Shown here piece by piece: positions 18,989 to 29,072 of a stretch of DNA of 64,000 bases (position 1 is its first letter; each line of letters starts with the position of its first letter). The stretch is taken from NCBI RefSeq assembly GCF_938028735.1, contig NZ_CALIMF010000001.1, forward strand, positions 79,003 through 143,002. Direction: 5' to 3'. The notes beneath the pieces were generated by a model that had not been told where the DNA came from, made no database searches, and saw only the letters and a program-made list of their open reading frames with translations. A program made the translations under genes and the position numbers. This DNA comes from an uncultured Thermanaerothrix sp. (GTDB taxonomy: Bacteria; Chloroflexota; Anaerolineae; Anaerolineales; Anaerolineaceae).

Positions 18989-20089
18989 TTACTGCTGCTC
19001 TTTGGCCAGCAGATCTGCCAGACTGACGCCCACAGTGGAGCCACGTCCCTCGAAGATCGAGCCGGTGATGCGGTTATCATAGCGCTTTTGGGCCAGTTCG
19101 TAGAGTTCAGGGGTCAGGGGGATGTAACCTACTTCTTTGACGATCTTGGAAGCGTTTTTGAGGTAGAAGGCCACAAAGGCACTGATTTCATCCTTCTGAT
19201 CCACGCGAGCACGGTTGACGTAGATGAAGATGGGACGCGAGAGGGGCTGATAGGTACCGTTGGAGACGGTCTCTAGGGTGGGCAGGACACAGCCGTTTCC
19301 ATTATCAATGGCGACCAGTTTTAGTTTATCCTTATTCTCCTCGTAGTAAGCCAGACCAAAGAACCCTAAGGCGTTTTCATCTCCCGCTATGCCCTGTACC
19401 AGAACATTATCGTCCTCGCTGGGCAAGAAGTCACCCCGGCTAGCCCCCTCTTTGCCGACGATGGCCTGAGTAAAGTAATCGTATGTCCCTGAGTCCGTGC
19501 CGGCACCGTAGAGCGTCAGGGGTCGGTCCGGAAAGCCCGCGCGCACCTGGCTCCATTTGGTGATCTTGCCTTCGGCCTCCGGTTCCCAAATTTTCTTTAA
19601 CTCTTCTACAGTCAGACATTCGACGAAATCATTCTTAGGGTTGACCATTACAGCCAGGCCATCAAATGCCACCGGCAGTTCGATGTACTCAATGCCGTTC
19701 TGTTCGCAGAGTTCGGTTTCCGATTCCTTAATCGGGCGGGAGGCGTTAGAAATATCCGTTTCGCCGTTGCAGAATTTCTTGAATCCCCCGCCGGTGCCCG
19801 AAATGCCCACCGGGACGCGCACGTTCGGGTATTCAGCCTGGAACTCTTCGGCAATGGCAGCGGTGACGGGCGCGACCGTACTGGAACCATCGATCAAGAT
19901 AGTGCCTTCAACATCAGCCGCACTAGTCGGGGCGGGAGTGGCGGTAATGACCTGTGGTGTACCCTGAACAATGCGAGTGATTTCAATGACTGTCGGCTCG
20001 GAAGGTGCAGGGGTGGCTGCCGGAGCACAGGCGCTGGCCACAATGGCGATTACGAAGAGTAAACTTACCAGACGAAATAACTTACGCAT
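18989..20089 (-). CDS. pstS: Phosphate-binding lipoprotein PstS
   Basis: Lipobox [43 protein letters not shown]; start 20089 follows SD gaggag. Confidence 0.96.
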   Translation of the reverse strand: MRKLFRLVSLLFVIAIVASACAPAATPAPSEPTVIEITRIVQGTPQVITATPAPTSAADVEGTILIDGSSTVAPVTAAIAEEFQAEYPNVRVPVGISGTGGGFKKFCNGETDISNASRPIKESETELCEQNGIEYIELPVAFDGLAVMVNPKNDFVECLTVEELKKIWEPEAEGKITKWSQVRAGFPDRPLTLYGAGTDSGTYDYFTQAIVGKEGASRGDFLPSEDDNVLVQGIAGDENALGFFGLAYYEENKDKLKLVAIDNGNGCVLPTLETVSNGTYQPLSRPIFIYVNRARVDQKDEISAFVAFYLKNASKIVKEVGYIPLTPELYELAQKRYDNRITGSIFEGRGSTVGVSLADLLAKEQQ

Positions 20090-20131
20090 GGGTCTTCTCC
20101 TCTCGTTTTGGATGAGATTGTTTCGCATCTC

Positions 20132-20186
20132 AGTATAAACGAGGCGTGTTAAGGTTGCTCGAAAGACGGTTTAAGAATGGGTTAAG
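20132..20186 (-). promoter_or_regulatory. Pho box array plus -10 element of the pstS promoter
   Basis: Minus-strand CTTAAC / CTTAAA / (degenerate TTTCGA) / CTTAAC at an exact 11-bp period (plus coordinates 20181, 20170, 20159, 20148), then 10 bp, then TATACT (20137-20132). Confidence 0.75.
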
Positions 20187-20203
20187 GATTAGGTGGCAAT
20201 GTT

Positions 20204-20262
20204 TTCACATTTGTGAATTATATTCACAAATGACTTGTCAAGGCATGGATAATTCTTATAAT
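20204..20262 (+). promoter_or_regulatory. Operator palindromes and promoter of the SorC-dehydrogenase-PTS operon
   Basis: CATTTGTGAAT-TAT-ATTCACAAATG perfect 11-bp inverted repeat (20208-20232), overlapping TTCACATTTGTGAA; TTGTCA(20235-40)-N16-TATAAT(20257-62). Confidence 0.65.
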
Positions 20263-20299
20263 CGCAATTAGCCTCCATTCGTATTTGCCGGGTTTGAGA

Positions 20300-21301
20300 A
20301 TGTTGATGAACGCAGATCGTCTGGATCTGCTAGCGCGGATTGCCGAGATGTACTATGAAGCCAATCTGACGCAGGACCAGATTGCCAAAATTACCGGCTA
20401 TTCGCGCTCAATGGTGTCGCGCCTGCTAACCGAGGCCCGGCGGCAAGGAGTGGTCGAGATTCGCATCAACCATCCCATGCAGCGACGCCGGGATCTTGAA
20501 CAAGCCCTGCAGGCACATCTAAATCTAGACGAAGCGTGGGTGATGGCGCGGGGAACGCTGGCCCATAGTGAGATGCTGCGTCGCTTAGGTGTGCTGGCAG
20601 CGCGGTTTTTAGAGACCTATCTGCACGACTATATGACGCTGGGGACTTCGTGGGGCACGGCGGTTTATGAAACGGTGAATGCGCTGCAACCGCGCACGTT
20701 TCACGGTATCCGTGTAGTGCAGATGATTGGGGCTTTGGGCACTCCTAACCCGGATATTGATGGTCCTGAACTGGCGCGGCGCATGGCCCGTGCCCTAACT
20801 GGTCAGTACGCCACACTGCCGGTGCCGCTAATTGTGGACAGTGAGGCTACCCGTCAGTCGCTGATGCGGGCGCCCCATGTGCAGCGCGTAACTCAGTTCT
20901 TCCGTCAAATTGATCTGGCGTTGGTTGGTGTTGGGACGGTAGAACCCGAGCATGCCAGCCTCCTGCGCGCTGGCTACCTGACCGCCGAACAATTGGAGGG
21001 TCTGCGCGCCGCCGGCGCGGTGGGAGATGTGTGTGCTATTCACATTGCCCTGGATGGCTCGCTGGTGGATACCCCGTTGACCCGCTGTATTCTGGGCATT
21101 GACGCAGAGACCTTACGCCGTGTCTCCATTCGTATCGGGGTGGCCGGAGGGCAAGCCAAGGCTTTGCCGATCCTCGCCGCCAGCCGCTCCGGGCTGATTA
21201 ATCGTCTGGTGACCGACGAGGTTGCCGCAACCTTTGCTTTACGTGTATTGGAGGAAGGATCTTTGTCATATGTCAACGCAACCGAACCTGATGGTAATTG
21301 A
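20300..21301 (+). CDS. SorC/DeoR-family sugar-binding transcriptional regulator
   Basis: N-terminal [33 protein letters not shown]; sugar-binding domain SWGTAV, GAVGD, GG.AK, LVTD; start 20285-20306 uncertain. Confidence 0.92.
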   Translation: MLMNADRLDLLARIAEMYYEANLTQDQIAKITGYSRSMVSRLLTEARRQGVVEIRINHPMQRRRDLEQALQAHLNLDEAWVMARGTLAHSEMLRRLGVLAARFLETYLHDYMTLGTSWGTAVYETVNALQPRTFHGIRVVQMIGALGTPNPDIDGPELARRMARALTGQYATLPVPLIVDSEATRQSLMRAPHVQRVTQFFRQIDLALVGVGTVEPEHASLLRAGYLTAEQLEGLRAAGAVGDVCAIHIALDGSLVDTPLTRCILGIDAETLRRVSIRIGVAGGQAKALPILAASRSGLINRLVTDEVAATFALRVLEEGSLSYVNATEPDGN

Positions 21302-22283
21302 GAATACGATTCCAGTGGATCATGACCAGTTATTAACCGAACTGGGACGTGACCAGGCTCTGGATATGTTAGCGACCATGTGCCTGATCCGTGCCTTTGA
21401 AGAAAAGGCTGAGGATCTCTTTGCCCGGGGGATGGTGCATGGCACAATGCACCTCTCGATTGGCCAGGAAGCCGTGGCAGTTGGCGCTACCCGTGCCATG
21501 CAGAAAGGAGACTACTTACTTAACCATCACCGCGGACATGGGCACTGCTTGGCCTGGGGGAGCGATGTAAACCTGATGATGGCCGAGTTCCTGGGTAAGG
21601 AAACCGGCTACTGCCGTGGGCGTGGCGGCTCAATGCACATCGCCAATGTGGAGGCGAACAACCTCGGTGCCAACGGCATTGTGGGGGGTGGGATTCCCAT
21701 CTCGGTGGGGGTGGGGTTGAGCATCAAAATGCGCCGCACTCACCAGGTCTGCCTGACCATCTTTGGGGACGGAGCGGCCAATGAAGGTGCATTCCATGAG
21801 TCGCTGAACATGGCCAGTATTTGGGATTTGCCGGTGGTGTACCTGTGTGAGAACAACCAATATGCCATGTCTATGCCGATGACCAAGGCGTTCAACATCG
21901 AACGCATTAGCCAGCGAGCATGTGCCTATGGTATTCCTGGCATAACGGTGGATGGTAATGATGTGTTGGCCGTCTACGCCGCCGTGCGCCAGGCGGCAGA
22001 ACGTGCCCGCAGTGGGCAGGGTCCGACCCTGGTAGAGGCTGTGACCTATCGCTGGCGTGGGCACTCCAAGAGCGATCGTCAGGCTTATCGCACCCGTGAG
22101 GAAGTCAAGGCCTGGCAACAGCGCGATCCAATTCGCCGCTTTGCCGGCCTACTGGGTTTGAGTGAGCAGGAATTGGCGGTTTATATATCCGAAGCGCAGC
22201 GCAAAGTGGAGGCGGCGGTTGCATTTGCCCAGGCCAGTCCCGAACCCGATGTGAGCACCATTCTTGAGGGTGTCTATGCGTGA
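21270..22283 (+). CDS. TPP-dependent dehydrogenase E1 alpha subunit (acetoin/pyruvate dehydrogenase type)
   Basis: GQEA, HRGHGH, GRGGSMH, TPP motif GDGA...ENN, YRWRGHS. Confidence 0.92.
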   Translation: MSTQPNLMVIENTIPVDHDQLLTELGRDQALDMLATMCLIRAFEEKAEDLFARGMVHGTMHLSIGQEAVAVGATRAMQKGDYLLNHHRGHGHCLAWGSDVNLMMAEFLGKETGYCRGRGGSMHIANVEANNLGANGIVGGGIPISVGVGLSIKMRRTHQVCLTIFGDGAANEGAFHESLNMASIWDLPVVYLCENNQYAMSMPMTKAFNIERISQRACAYGIPGITVDGNDVLAVYAAVRQAAERARSGQGPTLVEAVTYRWRGHSKSDRQAYRTREEVKAWQQRDPIRRFAGLLGLSEQELAVYISEAQRKVEAAVAFAQASPEPDVSTILEGVYA

Positions 22284-23262
22284 GATTACTTACGTCGAAG
22301 CCATCCGCGAAGCCCTGGCCCAGAAAATGGCCGAGGATCCAACGGTTTTTCTCATCGGTGAGGATATCGGCATTTATGGGGGGGCCTTTGGGGCGACCGC
22401 GGGGTTAATTGAGCAATTTGGCGAAGAGCGGGTCATTGATACCCCGATTTCGGAAGCCGGAATTGCCGGCGCCTGTATTGGCGCCGCGCTGACCGGGATG
22501 CGTCCGGTGGGCGAGATCCAGTTCATGGACTTTGTGACCCTGAGCATGGAGCAGTTAGTACTCCAGGCCGCCAAGATTCGCTTTATGTTTGGGGGCAAGG
22601 CCAAAGTGCCGTTTGTGCTACGTATGCCAGGGGGTTCGGGCACGGGTGCGGCGGCGCAGCATTCTGAAAGCCTGGAGAATTGGTTTGTCCATGTGCCGGG
22701 GTTGAAAGTAGTCATGCCCAGTACCCCTTATGATGCCAAGGGGTTATTAATTGCAGCCATTGAAGACGACAATCCAGTCATTTTTGTCGAGCACAAATTG
22801 CTCTATAAAGTCAAAGGGCCAGTACCCGAAGAAATGTATCGCATTCCACTGGGGCAAAGTCACATTGTGCGCGAAGGGAAAGACTTGACCATCGTAGCCA
22901 CTTCGGTCATGGTGCAACGCGCCTTACAAGCCGCCGAGCAGTTGCAGGCAGAGGGCATTGAAGTGGAGATCATTGACCCGCGCACGCTACGTCCGCTGGA
23001 TGATGTTCCGATTATCCGTTCGGTGAAGAAGACCGGGCGTGCCCTGGTGGTACATGAGGCGGTCAAAATGGGTGGGTTTGGCGGCGAGATCGTTGCGCGC
23101 ATCGTCGAGAGCGAGGCATTTGACTATCTGGAAGCCCCGGTGCGTCGCTTAGCGGGCTTGGATATCCCGATCCCTTATAACCGTACCCTGGAGTATCACG
23201 CTGTGCCTCAGGTAGAAAACATCGTGGAAGAAGCCCGTAAATTGGTCAAAGGGGTTTACTAG
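22276..23262 (+). CDS. TPP-dependent dehydrogenase E1 beta subunit
   Basis: [49 protein letters not shown]. Confidence 0.93.
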   Translation: MREITYVEAIREALAQKMAEDPTVFLIGEDIGIYGGAFGATAGLIEQFGEERVIDTPISEAGIAGACIGAALTGMRPVGEIQFMDFVTLSMEQLVLQAAKIRFMFGGKAKVPFVLRMPGGSGTGAAAQHSESLENWFVHVPGLKVVMPSTPYDAKGLLIAAIEDDNPVIFVEHKLLYKVKGPVPEEMYRIPLGQSHIVREGKDLTIVATSVMVQRALQAAEQLQAEGIEVEIIDPRTLRPLDDVPIIRSVKKTGRALVVHEAVKMGGFGGEIVARIVESEAFDYLEAPVRRLAGLDIPIPYNRTLEYHAVPQVENIVEEARKLVKGVY

Positions 23263-23271
23263 GAGGGAAGC

Positions 23272-24675
23272 GTGGCGCACGAAGTGATCATGCCCAAGTT
23301 TGGCTTTACCCAGGAGACAGCGGAAATCGTGCGCTGGCTTAAGCACGAAGGGGACGTGGTTGAGCAGGGTGAACCGATTGCCGAAGTGACGACGGATAAA
23401 GTCAACATGGAAGTGGAGGCCCCCGCCAGCGGCATTCTGGCTGGCGTGCGTTACCAGGAAGGGGAGGTGGTGCCGGTCACCCAGGTGATCGCCTATATCC
23501 TGCAGCCTGGTGAGGCCTTGCCGGGAGGTGCGCCTGCTTCTGCCGCTGCAGGAACTCCGCCTCAAGAGGTTGCCTTCCCCGCCGAAAAGCCGGTTGAGGG
23601 CGAGGGGGTGCGGGTTACCCCCGTGGCAGCGCGCCTGGCTGAAGTGGCGGGGGTGGATCCGAGCCAAATCCAGGGGAGTGGGCCGGGGGGGCGGGTCACG
23701 CGCAAAGATGTTGAGGCCTACTTGGCCAGCCGGCAAGAAGTTGAGGGTAAGGTGCGGGCTGTACCTGCAGCGCGACGGTTGGCGCGTGAGCTGGGGGTAG
23801 ATTTGAACCAAGTGGCAGGAAGCGGTCCCCAAGGGCGCATTCAATCGGAGGATGTGCAACGTGCCTATGCTACGCGGGCTCAAACCGTTGCTACGGTTCC
23901 TGAGATTGCCCCTGAAGTGGCAAGGCCGGTCGCTCCTGCGCCGAGTGGAGAGACCTTTGGCGTGCAAACGCCGATTGCTCAGGTCATCCCGTTGGCCGGG
24001 ATGCGCAAGGTTATTGCCCAGCGCATGCAGCAGAGCGCTCAAAATGCCCCGCATATCCACCTGGAGATCACCGTGGACGCCACAGCCGCAGAGGCCCTGC
24101 GGGCACGCGCAAATCAGCGCTTGAAAGAGGGGCAAACCAAGGTTAGCCTAACTGCTGTCATTGCACGGGCATGTGCCTGGGCGCTGACCCAGCACCCGCG
24201 ACTGAACGCCTGGCTGGCGAATACACCGCAAGGCGAACAAATCTTGATTCCTGCCCAGGTTAACTTGGGAATTGCCGTGGCGGTGGAGGAGGGATTGATT
24301 GTCCCGGTGGTGCGGGATGCTGCGCGGAAGAACCTACTGCAACTGGCGGGTGAGATCGGGGATCTGGTGGAACGGGCACGGGGCAATCGCCTGAGGCCCG
24401 AAGATGTTGTTGAGGGCACTTTTACCATCTCTAACCTGGGCATGTTGGGGATAGAACGCTTTACGGCCATTATCAATCCGCCGCAGGTGGCTATTCTGGC
24501 GGTGGGGAGTCTGCGACGGGAGGTGGTGGCCGATGCGGAGGGGAAGATTCAGGTACGCCCCGTATTCAGCCTAACTCTGTGCGCTGACCATCGGGTGGTG
24601 GATGGGGCAGTGGCCGCGCGCTTTCTGGCGGATTTGCGGGAGGCGCTGGAGCAACCCGAGGTGATGGTGGTGTGA
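23272..24675 (+). CDS. Dihydrolipoamide acyltransferase E2 (one lipoyl domain, two peripheral-subunit-binding domains)
   Basis: Lipoyl TDKV; two PSBD repeats ([16 protein letters not shown] and [16 protein letters not shown]); FTISNLG; DHRVVDG. Confidence 0.94.
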   Translation: MAHEVIMPKFGFTQETAEIVRWLKHEGDVVEQGEPIAEVTTDKVNMEVEAPASGILAGVRYQEGEVVPVTQVIAYILQPGEALPGGAPASAAAGTPPQEVAFPAEKPVEGEGVRVTPVAARLAEVAGVDPSQIQGSGPGGRVTRKDVEAYLASRQEVEGKVRAVPAARRLARELGVDLNQVAGSGPQGRIQSEDVQRAYATRAQTVATVPEIAPEVARPVAPAPSGETFGVQTPIAQVIPLAGMRKVIAQRMQQSAQNAPHIHLEITVDATAAEALRARANQRLKEGQTKVSLTAVIARACAWALTQHPRLNAWLANTPQGEQILIPAQVNLGIAVAVEEGLIVPVVRDAARKNLLQLAGEIGDLVERARGNRLRPEDVVEGTFTISNLGMLGIERFTAIINPPQVAILAVGSLRREVVADAEGKIQVRPVFSLTLCADHRVVDGAVAARFLADLREALEQPEVMVV

Positions 24676-24703
24676 GACTTACAATTTTTAGACCGGAGGG
24701 AGT

Positions 24704-25195
24704 GTGGACTCAACTTTATTAAATCTGCTAGACTTATTAGCGCCGGAGGCGGTTGCGCTTAACTTTCCAGCCACCTCGGCTGAGGCGGTCATCCGACACC
24801 TGGCAGCAGCATTGTTCAAGGGGGGGTATGTGCGGGAGACATTTGCCGAGGCGGCGCTGGAGCGCGAAGCGCGGCTGCCAACGGGTCTGCGACTCTCGGG
24901 CGAAATTCATGCGGCGATCCCGCACACGGACATTGAACATGTCATCCGCCCGGCTGTGGGGCTGGCAACCTTGCCTACGCCAGTGGTGTTTCAGAACATG
25001 ATTGATCCCACAGATGCTGTTCCGGTGCGTCTGGTCTTCTTGCTAGCCTTGGAGCAGCCTAAGTCACAAGTCGAGATGCTACAACAAGTGGCCACCATTT
25101 TACAGAATCCCCAGGTCGTTAGTGAACTGGTTGCTGCACAAACACTAGAGGAGGTGCGGCGGGTACTGGCGCAGGTAGTGCCTACGCAATCGTGA
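24704..25195 (+). CDS. PTS EIIA component, Gat/Mtl-Fru type
   Basis: ERE..LPTGL, AIPHTD (phospho-His), F.NM. Confidence 0.9.
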   Translation: MDSTLLNLLDLLAPEAVALNFPATSAEAVIRHLAAALFKGGYVRETFAEAALEREARLPTGLRLSGEIHAAIPHTDIEHVIRPAVGLATLPTPVVFQNMIDPTDAVPVRLVFLLALEQPKSQVEMLQQVATILQNPQVVSELVAAQTLEEVRRVLAQVVPTQS

Positions 25196-25272
25196 ATGTT
25201 GGTGATTTGTAGTTTTATCGCTGATACCCATCAAATCCCATCCTTCTAAACCTGATCTGTGAGGAGGTTAAC

Positions 25273-25560
25273 GTGAGCAAACCTAAAGTCGTTCTGGTGG
25301 CCTGCGGTACAGCCATTGCAACTTCCACTGTGGTAGCCCATGCCATTGAAGAAGAAATGAAGAAGCGGGGGATCAACATTACAACCCGTCAGTGCAAAGC
25401 GACAGAAGTGCCGAGCCTGGCTGCCGATGCCGACCTGATCGTCACAACCACCCCGCTGCCTTCAAATCTTGGCAAACCCGTGATTCAAACCCTGGCGTTT
25501 CTCACGGGAATCGGAAAGGAGGAGGTGTTAAGGCAGATTGAAGAGATCCTGAAACAATAA
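25273..25560 (+). CDS. PTS EIIB component, galactitol (Gat) family
   Basis: VACGTAIATST (phospho-Cys), FLTGIG. Confidence 0.92.
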   Translation: MSKPKVVLVACGTAIATSTVVAHAIEEEMKKRGINITTRQCKATEVPSLAADADLIVTTTPLPSNLGKPVIQTLAFLTGIGKEEVLRQIEEILKQ

Positions 25561-25628
25561 TTCCCCTATCTTGATCGTTAATCTTTCACGATCCCCGTTT
25601 TTTATTTCAATCCTCTCAGGAGGCAAAA

Positions 25629-27038
25629 ATGGAAGCCGTACTAAGTGCGATTAAGACGTTGTTTGACACGCTCGGCGCCACTGTCATGCTCCCCATCATT
25701 ATCTTCTTGCTGGCTTTGATCCTGGGCGCCAAGCCAGGGCGGGCTTTCCGCGCTGCCGTCACCATCGGTGTGGCTTTCGTCGGTATCAACCTGGTCATTG
25801 GCTTAATGTGGACCAACCTGACCGCGGTGGCGCAGGCCATCGTGAAAAACACCGGCGTCACCCGCGATGTGGTGGATGTGGGTTGGCCTTCAGCCGCTGC
25901 CATTGCCTTCGGCTCTTCGGTGGGGTTGTGGGTGATTCCGTTAACCCTGGTGGTTAACCTGGTGCTGCTGACCTTGCGCCTGACCCGCACCCTGAATGTG
26001 GATGTGTGGAACTACTGGCACTTTGCTTTCATCGGCTCGCTCATTGTAGCCGGTACTGGCAATCTGCTGTACGGGTTGATCGGTGCGGCGTTAGCGGCAG
26101 CCCTGGCGCTTTTCCTGGGTGACTGGACGGCCAAAGCGGTGCAGAAGTTTTACAGCCTGCCGGGTATTTCTATCCCCCACTTGACCTCTGCTCCCATCGT
26201 GCCTATCGCGATTGCCACCAACTGGGTCATTGAACGCATCCCAGGGTTGCGCGATGCTGAGTGGGATACTGAGACCATCCGCAAGCGTTTGGGTGTCTTT
26301 GGTGAGCCGGTTATTTTGGGCCTGGTCATCGGTCTGGTATTGGGTGCCATCGCTTTCTACAATGCGGGTGATGCGGTGACGGTGCTGGCCAAAGTCCTGG
26401 GGGCCGGCATTAACCTGGCTGCTGTTATGTTGCTGCTCCCGCGCATGGTGGCAATCCTGATGGAAGGCTTGATCCCGATCTCTGAGTCGGCACGTGAGTT
26501 CATGCAGAAGCGCGCGGGTGGCGATCGCGAGTTCTACATTGGCCTCGACTCGGCCATCCTGATCGGCCATCCGGCCGCGATTGCTAGTGCGCTAGTGCTT
26601 GTTCCGATTGCCATTTTGCTCAGCATCATCCTGCCGGGTAACCGCGTCATCCTTTTTGCCGACTTGGCCGTAATCCCCTTCGTGGTGGCTATGACGGCGC
26701 CGGTGATGCGCGGGAATGTGCTGCGCATCGTTATCGCCGGGACGATTACCCTGGCAATTGGCTTCTACATCGCTACCTCCATGGCACCGCTCTTCACTTC
26801 CGCGGCGGTGGCCTCCGGCTTTTCACTGCCTGAAGGCGCAGTGCAGATTACCAGCATCGCAGATGGTTTCCTGTGGCCGCCATTCCTCTTCGTCCGCACA
26901 GTGATGGGGCTGGGTGCGCTGGGGCTGTTGGTTCTAGCGGCTTTGCTGGGTGTGGCGTTCTTCTTATTCCTGCGCAACACCAAAGCCTGGGAAGTGGCTG
27001 CGGGTGCACCTGCAGAGGTCTCGGCTTCGGCTGACTAA
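25629..27038 (+). CDS. PTS EIIC component, galactitol (Gat) family
   Basis: DVGWP, TLNVDVWNYWH, PRMV..LMEGL.PISE, IGLDSA; multiple TM segments. Confidence 0.94.
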   Translation: MEAVLSAIKTLFDTLGATVMLPIIIFLLALILGAKPGRAFRAAVTIGVAFVGINLVIGLMWTNLTAVAQAIVKNTGVTRDVVDVGWPSAAAIAFGSSVGLWVIPLTLVVNLVLLTLRLTRTLNVDVWNYWHFAFIGSLIVAGTGNLLYGLIGAALAAALALFLGDWTAKAVQKFYSLPGISIPHLTSAPIVPIAIATNWVIERIPGLRDAEWDTETIRKRLGVFGEPVILGLVIGLVLGAIAFYNAGDAVTVLAKVLGAGINLAAVMLLLPRMVAILMEGLIPISESAREFMQKRAGGDREFYIGLDSAILIGHPAAIASALVLVPIAILLSIILPGNRVILFADLAVIPFVVAMTAPVMRGNVLRIVIAGTITLAIGFYIATSMAPLFTSAAVASGFSLPEGAVQITSIADGFLWPPFLFVRTVMGLGALGLLVLAALLGVAFFLFLRNTKAWEVAAGAPAEVSASAD

Positions 27039-27061
27039 CGCCAATCTCCGCTTCATTTTTG

Positions 27062-27090
27062 GAACAGCCCGGGTGCGCCCTGGGCTGTTC
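27062..27090. terminator. Probable bidirectional terminator between convergent genes
   Basis: GAACAGCCCGGG/CCTGGGCTGTTC stem. Confidence 0.55.
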
Positions 27091-27116
27091 TGCTAGTTGG
27101 ACTGTTACGACTATGG

Positions 27117-28106
27117 TTAGCGCATCAGCCCGCGGATGATCAAATCCACCGCTTCATCTTCGCTCAGTCCCCGCGCCATCAGCGTTTCCAGTTCCTTGCG
27201 GTTGACAGTACCAATGGCAGCTTCGTGGGTGACTTGCGCCTGATCGTGGCGAACGATGACTAAAGGATTGTTACTGGCCTGGGCTTGTCCGCGCACGATC
27301 TCGGTGCAATCCATGTGTCCGCGGGCACCTGGGGCGTTCCCCTCAGTGACCGTATCTACCCGACTTTGGGCGCGATCCTGGACGGCAATGCGTGTGCGGG
27401 TCAGACCACGAGCACCAGGGCCATCCAAGACGACCACTTCGCGCACGTGGATGGTATCCTCGCTCTTGCCATAGGCTTTGGTGACCAGTTCCGCTACACC
27501 ACCGGCGCCAACGCGCACGTGGTAATCTAGGCGCAGATCACCCACCCGCCCCCGTGTCAGGGCAAAGGTGGTGATGAAGTGTCCGCCATCCTCAACCCTT
27601 ACCTCGGCCTGGGGCACGACCACCGTCCCGCCGTAAGGGCCGTGAAAGTGCTCTTCAGCATAAGTCAGGCTGGCCTGACGGCCCACCTGAATGCGTGCTT
27701 GCATGCGGTGCTCAACTTTGACGGCATTGGGGAACGAACAGTGTGCCAGGAAGCGCACCTGGGCATAGTCGCCGATCTCATAATCGGCAACAATCTCTTG
27801 AATGCCCTCTGCCGGTAGCAACCCAAAGCACAGGTGGACAGGTTGGGCGAGGCGAGTGTGAGGTTCAACCCAAATACGGGCACGGACGCCGTGGGGCAAG
27901 CTCTCGGCCCTAAAGTGCACACCAGGAATTTCATGAGCAACTAAGACTTGGTTAGCGGAAATGACCAGGGTGGCAACTTGAGGCAGCTCAAGCACCTTGG
28001 GATCGCCGCCGGCCTGTTGATAGGCATCCATCATGGCCTTGAGTTCACCCGCCCAGGCTGGAGCGATCTCGCCAGAGGGTGGAGTAAAGCGGATTGCGTG
28101 GGTCAT
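27117..28106 (-). CDS. SufB/SufD-family Fe-S scaffold (SmsB-like)
   Basis: VHLCFG, AHCSFP, GHMDCTEIV, VTHEAAIG, LMARGLSEDEA; ATG 28106 overlaps the sufC-like stop. Confidence 0.9.
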   Translation of the reverse strand: MTHAIRFTPPSGEIAPAWAGELKAMMDAYQQAGGDPKVLELPQVATLVISANQVLVAHEIPGVHFRAESLPHGVRARIWVEPHTRLAQPVHLCFGLLPAEGIQEIVADYEIGDYAQVRFLAHCSFPNAVKVEHRMQARIQVGRQASLTYAEEHFHGPYGGTVVVPQAEVRVEDGGHFITTFALTRGRVGDLRLDYHVRVGAGGVAELVTKAYGKSEDTIHVREVVVLDGPGARGLTRTRIAVQDRAQSRVDTVTEGNAPGARGHMDCTEIVRGQAQASNNPLVIVRHDQAQVTHEAAIGTVNRKELETLMARGLSEDEAVDLIIRGLMR

Positions 28107-28861
28107 GGTTGGTTCTCCTTGGATTCGAGGCCCAAAGTCATGGGTTCCGGCGGCATAGGGTGCCGTTGGCAATGTTCGCGGTAGAAGCGCCGTGTTTCTT
28201 CCGCATTGCCAACATAAGCAATGCTGCCCAGGCACATCAGGGAAGCACTATCGCCGATTTCGGCCAATTCATCGCGGTGGGTAATGAGTAAAACAGTGCT
28301 TCCTTCATCGGCCATGCGTCGAATCAGGCGCTCTATATCCGTCAGAGAAAGCGTATCAATGCCGGAGTCCGGTTCATCGAGAATGGCCAGGCGTGGGCGC
28401 ATTGCATACACGGCGGCCAATTCAATGCGCTTGCGCTCGCCACCGGAGAGGGTTTTATCCACCGCTCGATAGGCATATTGAGCCGGGGGGAGGGCCACGG
28501 CTTCAAGAGCTTCTAACACGCGTTGCCGGCTCGACTCTTTCATGCCTAGACTAATATATTTACCCACTGGGATGCCCTCGAAGCGGGCCGGTTCTTGCCA
28601 GGCAAGAGTAATCCCCAAACGCGCACGTTCTGAAAGGCTCAGTCCGGTGATGTCGCGGCCCTCAAAGAGGATTTGACCGCGGTCAGGGGTGTAACCACTG
28701 CATCCCATAATGGTGTATGCAAGCGTAGACTTCCCCGAACCGTTAAGGCCCAACAGTACATGAATCTCCCCTGGTTTCAGGGCCAAGTTGACATTATTCA
28801 ACAGCACATGACCCTCGCGGGCCAAGTACAAATCTTTTATCTCGAGCAAATAGGGTTGCAT
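28103..28861 (-). CDS. SufC-like ABC ATPase (SmsC-like)
   Basis: GLNGSGKST, WQEPARFEG, LSGGERKRIE, LDEPDSGID, LITH; C-terminal Cys residues. Confidence 0.9.
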   Translation of the reverse strand: MQPYLLEIKDLYLAREGHVLLNNVNLALKPGEIHVLLGLNGSGKSTLAYTIMGCSGYTPDRGQILFEGRDITGLSLSERARLGITLAWQEPARFEGIPVGKYISLGMKESSRQRVLEALEAVALPPAQYAYRAVDKTLSGGERKRIELAAVYAMRPRLAILDEPDSGIDTLSLTDIERLIRRMADEGSTVLLITHRDELAEIGDSASLMCLGSIAYVGNAEETRRFYREHCQRHPMPPEPMTLGLESKENQP

Positions 28862-29072
28862 GAAACTGCCTTTAAAGGTAATATTATTCTAGAAAAAGAA
28901 TATAATCCAAATGAGGTCTTTTTACCAGTTCCATTTGTCATTTAAAGACTCTCGCTTTGTCACCGATTATATTTGCCCCGGAACGCAACAAGGCAGTAAA
29001 TAAGGATCATCCTTTACATTCGAGGGGGGGTGTGATAATATATTGTTGACAATTGAATAGCCTTTACAGGCA

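Noticed and set aside
20211-20229. Rex box call
   Set aside because: Spacer is 5 bp rather than the 4 bp of TTGTGAA-N4-TTCACAA; kept only as an alternative to a SorC operator
23149-24135. 328-aa antisense ORF
   Set aside because: Lies opposite the well-supported E2 gene and has no motifs
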